64,000 nt of DNA from a virus. This document shows, piece after piece, positions 37,201 to 45,844 of the stretch. How positions within the stretch are numbered: position 1 is the stretch's first letter; every line of letters starts with the position of its first letter. The stretch lies in IMG/VR virus record IMGVR_UViG_3300020196_000003; one strand, 5' to 3'. Below the pieces are notes generated by a model. That model saw only the letters and a list, made by a program, of their open reading frames with translations, ran no database searches and was not told the DNA's origin. The position numbers and the translations under genes are program-made.

Positions 37201-38953
37201 TGGAACGTCGGGAACAAATGGAACCAACGGTACAAGCGGTACCAATGGTACAAGTGGAACTAACGGAACTAGTGGTACAAACGGAACAAATGGTACTTCA
37301 GGCACAAACGGAACCTCAGGAACAAATGGAACCAACGGTACAAGCGGTACAAATGGAACATCAGGTACCAACGGTACTAGTGGAACGTCGGGAACAAATG
37401 GAACCAACGGTACAAGCGGTACCAATGGTACAAGTGGAACATCGGGCACAAACGGAACCTCAGGAACAAATGGAACCAACGGTACAAGCGGTACAAGTGG
37501 AACCAACGGAACTTCAGGTACAAACGGGACAAATGGTACTAGCGGAACTAACGGTACTTCAGGTGTTAACGGAACAAGTGGTACAAATGGTACTTCAGGC
37601 ACTAACGGTACGTCAGGAACAAATGGAACTAGTGGTACATCACCGTCGGTACCGGGAGGGGGGGGCAAAGTTTTAACATCAGATGGGTTGGGTGGGATTA
37701 CGGCAGAATCAAATTTAACTTTTGATGGTACAGAATTAATCGTGACAGGTTATCAAAGAGTTGTTGATACAGTGGGAGGGGCACTTGGAAGTTTAAGAGT
37801 GGATAGTGCTGTCACTAACTTTTTACACAACGCAATATCTGTAACCAATACAGGAGATTTTACTAACACAAATTCATTAGTGGGTGTTAATGTGGATGTT
37901 ACGGATGGTATTTTTTCTAACACATGTTTTGCAGGTTCAACATTTTCCGCATACGGTAGTAATTATGGTATCGATTTGAGAAACAGTTCCACCGAAACCG
38001 GTTCTTCACAATACGGAGCGTCAGTTAGTGTAAACGGTTCAGGACCAACAGAAAAGTATGGGTATTATGGTTCTGTTAGTAATACTTCAGATTATAATTA
38101 TGGTGTTTATGTCAATGTTGAGGACGCGACTGTGGAGAACTACGGACTTTATTCAAGAATTGCTAGTAGTGTTGGAGACACATACGGGTTTTATATATCA
38201 AATACAGGTACGGATTCAGGTGGTTCTGATTTACATTATGGTGGAAAAATTCTTGTTAGTGGTATAGGTCAACCAACAAGTACAGTAAAATACGGGTTGG
38301 AAATTGATTTGACTGGTGATGCAAAAATTAATTATGGAGTTCACATTGATGTTGCAGGCGCAACAGACAATTTTAGTATTGTTACTCAAAATGGTTTTGC
38401 AATTTTTAATAACCTTGGCACATCAACCGCAGATTTTCAAGTCAAAGGAGACACGGATGATAATCTTATTTATGTTGATGCCTCCACAGATAATTTAGGG
38501 ATTGGGACAAACTTACCATCAAGAAAATTACATGTAAATGGTGATTATACTTTTGTTCACAACCCAACTTCAGAATTAACTTCATCTGTTAGTGGTTATG
38601 GTGATATAGTAACATTTGGTTCGGGAAGTTTAACAGCAGGTGATTTATACTATTTGACAAGTTTGGGGTCTTGGTCGGCAACTGATGCAGATGCAGCGTC
38701 AACAGCAACAGGAATGTTAGCGTTTGCGTTGGGGTCCTCCGCATCGGACGGTATGTTAGTTAGAGGTTATATTAGAAATTCAGGATTTACAACAAATACA
38801 GGTAACATAGTCTATGTCTCAACAACCACAGGTGCTGTAACTACAACCGCACCATCAGGTAGCGGAGACATTATTAGAATTATTGGTTATAGTATAGACG
38901 GAACAAATGAAATAATTTATTTTAACCCTGATAATAGTTGGGTAGAGGTTTAA
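34259..38953 (+). CDS. 1564 aa Gly-X-Y repeat fibre protein with beta-repeat and C-terminal globular domains
   Basis: Residues 52-1128 are Gly-X-Y repeats (GTS/GSS/GTN/GTD); then repeated xYG beta-strands, an LGIGTNLPSRKLHVNG motif and a C-terminal domain resembling capsid-cement-like folds. Confidence 0.85.
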   Translation: MPQYNRLTDRSRVSAVTLNDIIHVVVTGDTSQSPQGSSYFAPLSDLQSILSGSSGTNGTSGTNGTSGTNGTSGINGTSGSSGTSGSSGISGTSGSSGTSGVSGTNGSSGSSGTSGINGTSGSSGIDGSSGTSGSSGTNGTSGTNGFDGTSGSSGTSGSSGLSGTDGTSGSSGTSGTDGTSGTNGTSGTDGSSGTSGTSGSSGIAGTSGTSGSSGIDGTSGTSGSSGIDGTSGTSGSSGTSGTNGTDGSSGTDGTNGSSGTSGTNGTDGSSGTSGSSGTNGTSGSSGSSGTSGSSGTNGTSGSSGTSGTNGTNGTSGSSGTDGTSGSSGTNGTSGTNGTSGTNGTSGTNGTNGTSGTNGTSGTSGSSGTDGTSGSSGTSGSSGTNGTSGSSGSSGSSGSSGTDGTSGTSGSSGIDGTSGTSGSSGSSGTSGSSGSSGTNGSSGTSGTSGSSGTDGTSGTSGSSGTSGSSGTSGSSGTSGSSGTSGSSGTSGSSGSSGTDGTSGTSGSSGSSGSSGTDGTSGTSGSSGTSGSSGTDGSSGTSGSSGTSGSSGSSGTSGSSGSSGTSGSSGSSGTSGSSGSSGTDGTSGTSGSSGTSGSSGTSGSSGSSGTSGSSGTSGSSGSSGTSGSSGSSGTDGTSGTSGSSGSSGSSGTSGSSGTSGSSGSSGTDGTSGTSGSSGTDGTSGSSGTDGTSGTSGSSGTSGSSGSSGTSGSSGSSGTNGTSGTDGTSGTSGSSGTSGSSGSSGTSGSSGSSGTSGSSGSSGTSGSSGSSGTSGSSGSSGTSGSSGSSGTNGTSGTDGTSGTSGSSGTSGSSGSSGTSGSSGSSGTSGSSGSSGTSGSSGSSGTSGTSGTSGTNGTSGTNGTSGTNGTSGSSGTNGTSGTNGTSGTNGTSGTSGTNGTSGSSGTNGTSGSSGTNGTSGSSGTNGTSGSSGTNGTSGTNGTSGTNGTNGTSGTNGTSGTNGTNGTSGTNGTSGTNGTSGTNGTSGTSGTNGTNGTSGTNGTSGTNGTSGTNGTNGTSGTNGTSGTNGTNGTSGTNGTSGTNGTSGTSGTNGTNGTSGTNGTSGTSGTNGTSGTNGTNGTSGTSGTNGTSGTNGTNGTSGTNGTSGVNGTSGTNGTSGTNGTSGTNGTSGTSPSVPGGGGKVLTSDGLGGITAESNLTFDGTELIVTGYQRVVDTVGGALGSLRVDSAVTNFLHNAISVTNTGDFTNTNSLVGVNVDVTDGIFSNTCFAGSTFSAYGSNYGIDLRNSSTETGSSQYGASVSVNGSGPTEKYGYYGSVSNTSDYNYGVYVNVEDATVENYGLYSRIASSVGDTYGFYISNTGTDSGGSDLHYGGKILVSGIGQPTSTVKYGLEIDLTGDAKINYGVHIDVAGATDNFSIVTQNGFAIFNNLGTSTADFQVKGDTDDNLIYVDASTDNLGIGTNLPSRKLHVNGDYTFVHNPTSELTSSVSGYGDIVTFGSGSLTAGDLYYLTSLGSWSATDADAASTATGMLAFALGSSASDGMLVRGYIRNSGFTTNTGNIVYVSTTTGAVTTTAPSGSGDIIRIIGYSIDGTNEIIYFNPDNSWVEV
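34412..37642 (+). repeat. 9-bp period coding repeat, 359 Gly-X-Y triplets
   Basis: 3231 nt = 359 x 9; contains 27-bp tandem copies (about 35881-35990) and 216-bp and 180-bp block duplications. Confidence 0.95.
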
Positions 38954-38957
38954 TAAT

Positions 38958-39473
38958 ATGACAAAATTTAACGGTTTTGATTTTTATGATAAAAAACAAG
39001 TTGTTCTAACAAGTGGGATTCCAAGTGCATATGTTAATGCGGCATCCAATACAAAAATCACTTCGGTATTTGTTCCAGCAAATACCTTTGCGGCTGGTGA
39101 TATTTTGAGTATAGAGTGGGTTATTCGGTTAACAGGTGCAACTTCAGGAAACACTACTCTTTTTTTGTATTGGAATGAGACAGATGATTTAACAACACCG
39201 ACTCAGTTACAAACTCGTAATACCTCCAATGCGACTGTTAGTAAGAGGAATTCTCTTAATAGGAGACTTTCAATTGCCGTTGCTAATGGAACAGGTAATG
39301 GGTCAATTATGTATGGTGTTGCCGGAGCACAAGATACAGATTTTCCTGCAGTAACTTTTGCAATATCAAGTGGATTAGTATTAAATTGGACCATAGACTC
39401 TTACATAGTGTTATCCGGTTTTTCTACTATAAATACAGGAATTAGAACAGAGTTTTTCAAAGTTAGTAATTAA
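38958..39473 (+). CDS. Fibre-associated beta protein, paralog A
   Basis: Shares S.xxPANTF..GD, RRL..GxGxG and NWT.D.Y motifs with 39736-40263 and 40256-40771. Confidence 0.7.
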   Translation: MTKFNGFDFYDKKQVVLTSGIPSAYVNAASNTKITSVFVPANTFAAGDILSIEWVIRLTGATSGNTTLFLYWNETDDLTTPTQLQTRNTSNATVSKRNSLNRRLSIAVANGTGNGSIMYGVAGAQDTDFPAVTFAISSGLVLNWTIDSYIVLSGFSTINTGIRTEFFKVSN

Positions 39474-39478
39474 AAATT

Positions 39479-39739
39479 ATGGTATATTTAGAAAAAAAAT
39501 TAAATACATTAGTTAAGTCTGTAGGTTCAGATGGGGCGTCATTTTTAGATGTCCCAAGAACTCTAACATTCACAATTGTCGATGAAGAGGGTCATAGTGG
39601 ATATTTTTCAAATAATCCAGAGGATGTTTCAATAGAATTAGAGGAAAATATTATTTTTTTCAAAGTTAAAGACACTATAATTGATAATATTGAATTTCTC
39701 GATGCTCAAACAATGATAAATTATATTTACGACTTATGA
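39479..39739 (+). CDS. Hypothetical acidic protein (86 aa), possible fibre chaperone
   Basis: Tightly packed in the fibre operon; function is a guess. Confidence 0.55.
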   Translation: MVYLEKKLNTLVKSVGSDGASFLDVPRTLTFTIVDEEGHSGYFSNNPEDVSIELEENIIFFKVKDTIIDNIEFLDAQTMINYIYDL

Positions 39740-40263
39740 CAAAGATAATAGGTTTTAATATGTATAGTCCTTTTAAGACTATTAGTTTGACAACTCCTCA
39801 ATCAACTACTTCTTCATTAACAGAAGTTAAGTTGGGATCAGTACTTGTTCCCGCCAACACATTTGGGGCTGGCGATTCTTTGAAAATCGAGTGTTTTGCG
39901 AGAAAACAAAATACAAATGCAGTATCAAACATAAGGTTGTATTGGAATACCTCTGATAGTATATCATCACCAACACCAATTAGAATTGGTGAAAATTTAG
40001 GTATTATTGCAACGGCAACAGCAATTCCAATAGTTAGAAGATTAGGTGTTGTAACATCGGATGGTTCAGGAAGCGGGTCAAGTGCCTTATTAAATACAGT
40101 TGATTTTTTTTCAGATTACATAACATCAGCGGCCGGATTGTCTTCTGACCCAAGTAATTTGGCATTAAATTGGACTGTAGATAGTTATATTATATTGGCG
40201 GGTGATGTTGATAACGCATCAGATATATTAAATTGTCAATGGATAAGAATTACAAATGGCTAA
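39736..40263 (+). CDS. Fibre-associated beta protein, paralog B
   Basis: SVLVPANTFGAGD, RRLGVVTSDGSGSG, LNWTVDSYI. Confidence 0.7.
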   Translation: MTKIIGFNMYSPFKTISLTTPQSTTSSLTEVKLGSVLVPANTFGAGDSLKIECFARKQNTNAVSNIRLYWNTSDSISSPTPIRIGENLGIIATATAIPIVRRLGVVTSDGSGSGSSALLNTVDFFSDYITSAAGLSSDPSNLALNWTVDSYIILAGDVDNASDILNCQWIRITNG

Positions 40264-40771
40264 AATAATCGGGTATAATGTTGGTGTTAAATATAAAGTT
40301 GTAACCACTACAACACCTGCGGGTAGTGTAAACTCAATTTCTAATACTTTAATTAATTCATTGTTAATTCCTGCAAATACATTTTCTTCAGGAGACATTG
40401 TTACGATAGAAACTTGTTTAACAAAAAGTGCAACTAATAATACTTTTAGTTTTTATTTTTATGTTAATACATCCGCAACACTTGTTGGTGCGACTTTAGT
40501 TGCAACAAACACATCAGTTGCAAGTAATGTAAGAGCGGCTCAACTTTATCGTAGACTTGCAGTCGATGTTGCTTCGGGTAGTGGTAATGGCACAATAATA
40601 ATAAACACATCAATAGCTGCGAGAGATGATATAGGTGTCACAAATTATACTACAGGGTTTTCTACTTTAACAACTAATTGGACTACTGACCAATATTTAA
40701 TTGTTTCAGGTTCTGTTGTTAGTACATCAGACACACTTAGTTGTCAGTGGATAAAGGCTTCGAACGGTTAA
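40256..40771 (+). CDS. Fibre-associated beta protein, paralog C
   Basis: SLLIPANTFSSGD, RRLAVDVASGSGNG, TNWTTDQYL. Confidence 0.7.
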   Translation: MAKIIGYNVGVKYKVVTTTTPAGSVNSISNTLINSLLIPANTFSSGDIVTIETCLTKSATNNTFSFYFYVNTSATLVGATLVATNTSVASNVRAAQLYRRLAVDVASGSGNGTIIINTSIAARDDIGVTNYTTGFSTLTTNWTTDQYLIVSGSVVSTSDTLSCQWIKASNG

Positions 40772-43717
40772 CTATCTATTATCTATGTAAATTATTACTT
40801 CATTATAATATTCAATGAAGTGTTCGTTCCATAAATCCCATTTTATGTCAATACCATCAACAGAGAAAACTTGGTAATTTGGAAAATTTTTAAGGTAAGT
40901 GTTTCTAAATTTTCTAAAGTTTTCTTTACTTCCTTCATAATAATTTTCATTTAAGTGCCACTCTCCTACAATTTTTTTTACATTATTTTTAATAAACTCA
41001 TAATTATCATCCGTAAAAATATCGTATTCACCACCCTCACAATCGGTTTTTAAAAAATCAATTTTATCTATATTGTATAAGTTCAAAAATTTTGCAAAAG
41101 TAATACTTTCCATTTCATTTTGTGTACCCTTTACTGAGTTGAAAAGTCTGTCGTTTTTGGTAAGACAATCACTGTTCGATATTCCTTTCATGATATGTGT
41201 CACAGGGTTTCCTATTGTATTTTTTACAAGTGTTGGAAAAAGTTCTTTACAAGGTTCGAAACAAAAAATGTGTTTTGGTTTTTTATGTAATATTGAATAA
41301 GTAAATGGCCCTAAACTTGCACCAATATCCAAAACAATGTCACCCTCCTCAACCTCGAAAAATTTTTCATATATTTTATGTTCAAAAATTTCCTTTTTTA
41401 TCGTCTCACTACACCACTCGTTATTAGTTCCCCAATCAAATAAGACCTCATGTACATGATGTGTATTTTCTTCTTTATTTATAATCTTATCTATTTCTTT
41501 TATCACCATTTCAGATGTTATTTGTTTTGAACATTCAAACATTTTTTCACTTCCTTTATGTAAAGGACACCAATTCCAATCACCGGCATCTAACCTGTCC
41601 CAATTAAAACATCCATGACATACATCTTCATTTATGACTCTATATGTATCCAAAGTTGTTTCTGTCCATTTTTTACTAAATCCCGAAATAAGAACTATTG
41701 GTAACTTACAAGCCCAAGCCAACCATGAAAGGCCTGAACCGAGACCTACAAAAAATTCACATGTTGAAAGTTCATTTATTACTTCTTGTAAATCACCCCC
41801 ATTGTATATTTTAACACCTTTTGGATAATAGTTACCCATATAACCATTTCCTTCTTTTGAATAAATTACACATTCATATCCAAGTGAATTCAAATAATCA
41901 ACAACTTCTTGCCAACCATTTTTGTTATTCCAATATTTTGCTTGAGCTGTTGAGTGAAAACCAATACCTGCTTTTTTCTTTTTTGAAACCTCAGGAAGAT
42001 TAAGTTTTGGTCTTATTTCATTATAGTCTAATCCAAGAATATCAGTTGCAGTTTTTTGTAGTGGTTGAAGTTTAAAATCATTTGGATGTCTATTTTGATT
42101 AAACTTACCACTTTCATTATAGTACCATCCAAGTTGATATTGTGCAAAGATATTATAAACAATAACCCCTGGCTCAACAAACTCTATTTCAGGGTATTGG
42201 TCAACAAACAAACTATTTAAAAAAGTTGATACAATGAGTTTGCAATTATGTTTTTTTCTAAATTCTTCGCAGTAAGGCATCCAAGCCAAAGTGTCCCCTA
42301 ATGACTTTGAGCCAAACGATATATATACTCTTTTATTTTCTAAATTTAATATATCTGAAAAAACAACATTTCCATTTTCTTTAATTTCAGTTTTCCATGC
42401 TGTAAAATATTCTCTATTAAGTTTGACCCAAGAATTCATATCAATATTGTTGTTATAAATTATATTATTTTTTTCATCATAAAATGCAACTTCAAATTTT
42501 GAATTGCCGTCACCTACTATTTCAAGATAAGGGTTTACAACAAAATGTTGGTTTATTTTATAATCCTTATCAATCTTTTTGTTTTCAACAAAATCACAAT
42601 TTTGTACTTTGTTATAAAACTTAAATAACTGATTTCCAAAACTTTCTTCTTCTTTGATAATGTAAGTTTTTTTGTCCTCGATTAATTGAATTAATTTTTT
42701 TGAAATATCTTCGAAGTTATTTGAATCAATTGGAGTAATGTAGTCATCAAACATTCCCATGTATTGAGGTAAATTTCTTGTTAAAATTTTAAGACCATAA
42801 CTTATGGACTCACGAACCACAAGAGGATTACACTCAACTAATGAATTAAACATTAAAACATCTGATGCAATCATAAAGGATTCAACATCATTTCTTTCAC
42901 CCCAAATGGTTACGTTAGATGGTAAGTTTTCCATGAGTGGACCCCAATAGTATTCAAAATTTTCGGCCTGATTTCCAACAAAATGGAATTGAATGTTTGG
43001 ATGAGTTTTTTCTAAAATACGAGCAATTTCAATACCTTCTTTTTGATTTTTTCCTTCTGTCCATAACCCAACATTAAGAACATGGGTTTTTGTTAAATCT
43101 AAACCTAATTGTTCTCTTCGATTAATTTTTTCAATCAACGGAACTTTATGTTCTGTTTTTGAAATTGTGTTTTTGTGGTATAAATAACTCACCTTATCCT
43201 CCAATGGATATGTAATGACTTCTTTAGGTGATTGTTTTTTATTATAAAGATTTTCTAAATGATATGGCGTTACAAAACAATAATAATCTGGTTCAAAATT
43301 TTTATTGTTATTTGCATTGTACCAAATATTATGACAAGACTCAACAATTTTATAAGACCTATTGTTATTATAAATCTCGTTTAAAATATTAAGAGGTATT
43401 TTGTTAAAACTTTCAAAACCTTCAGGTACTTCTTCGAAATGAACAATATCTATATTGTTATTTTTTATTATATCAAATAACTCTATTTTTTTTTCTTTTT
43501 CTGTAAAAGAACCAAGAGAAATGAAATGATTATTTCCTAACAAATCTATAATTTTATTTCTTTGTACCAAATAAATTGTGCTAAACTGCGAATATTCAAC
43601 CAAATATACTTCAATTTCATTTTTGAATTTTTGCAAAGATTCAATTCTTTTTAATACAAATTGTGGCATCCCTCCTGTTGAAAGGTGAGGAACCACATAC
43701 ATCAACTTTAATTTCAT
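40772..43717 (-). CDS. Fusion of GT4-like glycosyltransferase, AAH/TibC-like autotransporter O-heptosyltransferase and FkbM methyltransferase
   Basis: PHLSTGGMPQ..ECNPLVVRESISYG (GT-B); SLGDTLAWMPY, GLGSGLSWLAWA..VLISGFS, CHGC..WCP..FECSKQI (BAHT iron-finger cysteines); LDIGASLG..LKTDCEGGE (FkbM). Confidence 0.85.
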   Translation of the reverse strand: MKLKLMYVVPHLSTGGMPQFVLKRIESLQKFKNEIEVYLVEYSQFSTIYLVQRNKIIDLLGNNHFISLGSFTEKEKKIELFDIIKNNNIDIVHFEEVPEGFESFNKIPLNILNEIYNNNRSYKIVESCHNIWYNANNNKNFEPDYYCFVTPYHLENLYNKKQSPKEVITYPLEDKVSYLYHKNTISKTEHKVPLIEKINRREQLGLDLTKTHVLNVGLWTEGKNQKEGIEIARILEKTHPNIQFHFVGNQAENFEYYWGPLMENLPSNVTIWGERNDVESFMIASDVLMFNSLVECNPLVVRESISYGLKILTRNLPQYMGMFDDYITPIDSNNFEDISKKLIQLIEDKKTYIIKEEESFGNQLFKFYNKVQNCDFVENKKIDKDYKINQHFVVNPYLEIVGDGNSKFEVAFYDEKNNIIYNNNIDMNSWVKLNREYFTAWKTEIKENGNVVFSDILNLENKRVYISFGSKSLGDTLAWMPYCEEFRKKHNCKLIVSTFLNSLFVDQYPEIEFVEPGVIVYNIFAQYQLGWYYNESGKFNQNRHPNDFKLQPLQKTATDILGLDYNEIRPKLNLPEVSKKKKAGIGFHSTAQAKYWNNKNGWQEVVDYLNSLGYECVIYSKEGNGYMGNYYPKGVKIYNGGDLQEVINELSTCEFFVGLGSGLSWLAWACKLPIVLISGFSKKWTETTLDTYRVINEDVCHGCFNWDRLDAGDWNWCPLHKGSEKMFECSKQITSEMVIKEIDKIINKEENTHHVHEVLFDWGTNNEWCSETIKKEIFEHKIYEKFFEVEEGDIVLDIGASLGPFTYSILHKKPKHIFCFEPCKELFPTLVKNTIGNPVTHIMKGISNSDCLTKNDRLFNSVKGTQNEMESITFAKFLNLYNIDKIDFLKTDCEGGEYDIFTDDNYEFIKNNVKKIVGEWHLNENYYEGSKENFRKFRNTYLKNFPNYQVFSVDGIDIKWDLWNEHFIEYYNEVIIYIDNR

Positions 43718-43767
43718 AATTTGAAAATAATTTATTCATATTATTTGTGAAGTTTCTTACATTTTAA

Positions 43768-44757
43768 GTGATGAAAAAAGTTTGTTTGGATTTATCTCAA
43801 TCAAGAGCTCTTGGTGATACATTATGTTCAACACCAACGATTAGAAAATTATATAATTCTTATAATCAAAAAATTTCCATTATAACTCACCACAAAGAAA
43901 TTTTTAAAAACAATCCATATGTTGATGTTATTTTCGATGTTGATGTGGAAAATCTAACAGATGAGTATGAAATTTTTAATTCCTTTGATGTTTTTTATAA
44001 ACCAAATGGTGTTTGTAATAAACATAATGTTATGGATATACGACAATTTCATGCAATTAATCTTGGGTTCATGTTAACAAAAAATGAAATGACCTTAGAT
44101 TATATTCCATCACAAACTTCAATTATGAAAGAAATTCCAAGAAAATATGTTTTAATTCATCCCGTACAGAATTGGAATTCAAGAACTTGGTCAATTGATA
44201 ATTGGAGGGTACTAACAAAATTATTAAACGAGCAAAATATAAATGTGGTTTCAATTGGAAAAAATTCATCTGAGTTTGGAGGTTCAAATGTGGAAAAACA
44301 TGTTTTTGATTTTGATATTGATTTGGGGGTTAATTTAATGAACAAAACAACTTTAGATGAAACATGGAACTTGATTGAATATTCATTGTGTTTTGTTACA
44401 ATGGACTCAGGACTTTTACATTTGGCAGGAACAACCGATGCTCAAATAATTCAACTTGGAAGTTCAATAAACTATGAATTTAGAGCTCCTTATAGAAATG
44501 GTTCACAAGATTACAAATATTCTTACGTTGGTGGTGGTTGTAATTTGGCATGTGCTTCTGATATGAAACATGGGGTAAAAGAATGGGGGTCAATTCAAGG
44601 GATACCCCCACTTGTTAATTGTTTAGAAAATAAAAAATCATTTGAATGTCATCCTACGGTATTACAGGTATATAGAAAAATAATGGAATTACTGCAGTCT
44701 GTATTTATAATATATGGCAACATTCAAGACATGAATTTTTTTCAAGTCAAAGTTTAA
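43768..44757 (+). CDS. GT9-family glycosyltransferase with a Cys-rich C-terminus
   Basis: ALGDTLCSTP, FVTMDSGLLHLAGT, C.LAC..C..FECHP; the last ~14 codons run across the cassette junction. Confidence 0.8.
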   Translation: MMKKVCLDLSQSRALGDTLCSTPTIRKLYNSYNQKISIITHHKEIFKNNPYVDVIFDVDVENLTDEYEIFNSFDVFYKPNGVCNKHNVMDIRQFHAINLGFMLTKNEMTLDYIPSQTSIMKEIPRKYVLIHPVQNWNSRTWSIDNWRVLTKLLNEQNINVVSIGKNSSEFGGSNVEKHVFDFDIDLGVNLMNKTTLDETWNLIEYSLCFVTMDSGLLHLAGTTDAQIIQLGSSINYEFRAPYRNGSQDYKYSYVGGGCNLACASDMKHGVKEWGSIQGIPPLVNCLENKKSFECHPTVLQVYRKIMELLQSVFIIYGNIQDMNFFQVKV

Positions 44758-45328
44758 TTTTTCTTTGGTTTGAATTTTTTTAAGTATTGATGGTTTTTTG
44801 TTTTCAATTGGGTATTGAAGAACTTTTTTATAAACTTTTTCTAATTCGAACGTTTTTAAATGATATGGAGTTACAAACAAATATGAGTCAGGACGAAATT
44901 TTCTGTTTTTTGGATCAAACCAAATGTTATGACATGTCTCAACAATCTTCCAAGTTCTTTTGTTATCATATAACTCGGTAAGAATACTAATTGGAATTTG
45001 ATTGAAACTTTCAAACCCTTCAGAAATTTCTTCAATGTGAACAATATCAATTTGATTTTTTTTTATGATATCAACTAACTTATTTTTTTTTTTCGATATG
45101 GTTTGGTGTTCCCAAAGAATAAAAATTATCTTCACCGATTAGGTCTATTATTTTATTTCTTTGGACAACATATTGATTACCAAAATAAGAATATTCAACA
45201 ACGTTTACTTTAAAATTATTATATAAAGATTGAATTCTTTTCAATGCAAATTGGGGCATCCCACCTGTTGATAAGTGAGGAACAACGTATAATATATTAA
45301 TTTTTATCGATAGAAAATTTTGTTTCAT
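44689..45328 (-). pseudogene. Truncated, frameshifted paralog of the GT4 N-terminus of 40772-43717
   Basis: YVVPHLSTGGMPQF and EGFESFN..VETCHNIW; frameshift in an A11 run (45083-45093); homology ends abruptly at HVLNV (about 44718). Confidence 0.85.
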
Positions 45329-45421
45329 TTAACTTAATAATAAAAAACATTTAAAAAAAATCATTTATTTATTATTAATTTCGAACTATTTGAAATTAAA
45401 ATCGATCTTTTACTTAAAAAA

Positions 45422-45844
45422 TTATTGTGTAATACACGGATTCCAACTTGGTGTTGGTGTTGGACTGTTGCTCACGGTAGGGGTTGGAGTTGGGGTTGAT
45501 GTTGTGGTTGGTGTTAATGTTGGAACTTTACAAGGATCGATAGATGGTGTTGGTGTTATCGTTGAAGTTGGAGTTGGTGTGGGGGTTTTTGTTGGAGTAA
45601 TAGTCGGAGTTGGTGTAGGAGTCGGTCTAACAACATCTAAAAAATAAGGACAATTAGAAAAAACAGGTTTGATAGTATATGATCCATATATTTCTCTTGG
45701 TGGATATAATAAATGAGGTTCAAATAAGAATGGTAATGTTATTTCGTGTAAATTAATGACAACATCATCATTGTCTGGTTTGAATAACACTTCTGCTAAT
45801 TCACCATCATAAAAAACACTTCGAATTATTATATTTTGACTCAT
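45422..45844 (-). CDS. Small protein with a mucin-like Pro/Thr C-terminus
   Basis: PTPTPTPTITPTK..TPSIDPC..TPSWNPCITQ. Confidence 0.75.
   Translation of the reverse strand: MSQNIIIRSVFYDGELAEVLFKPDNDDVVINLHEITLPFLFEPHLLYPPREIYGSYTIKPVFSNCPYFLDVVRPTPTPTPTITPTKTPTPTPTSTITPTPSIDPCKVPTLTPTTTSTPTPTPTVSNSPTPTPSWNPCITQ

Noticed and set aside
34360-37676. Long antisense (1102 aa VPL/VPE) and alternate-frame (710, 194, 129, 71 aa) ORFs over the fibre repeat
   Set aside because: They are by-products of the 9-bp Gly-X-Y codon periodicity and end where the repeat ends
33875-44720. Recombinase-driven shufflon
   Set aside because: No invertase is visible in the window and I found no short perfect inverted repeats at the junctions; the flanking homology is diverged, which fits a one-off replacement better
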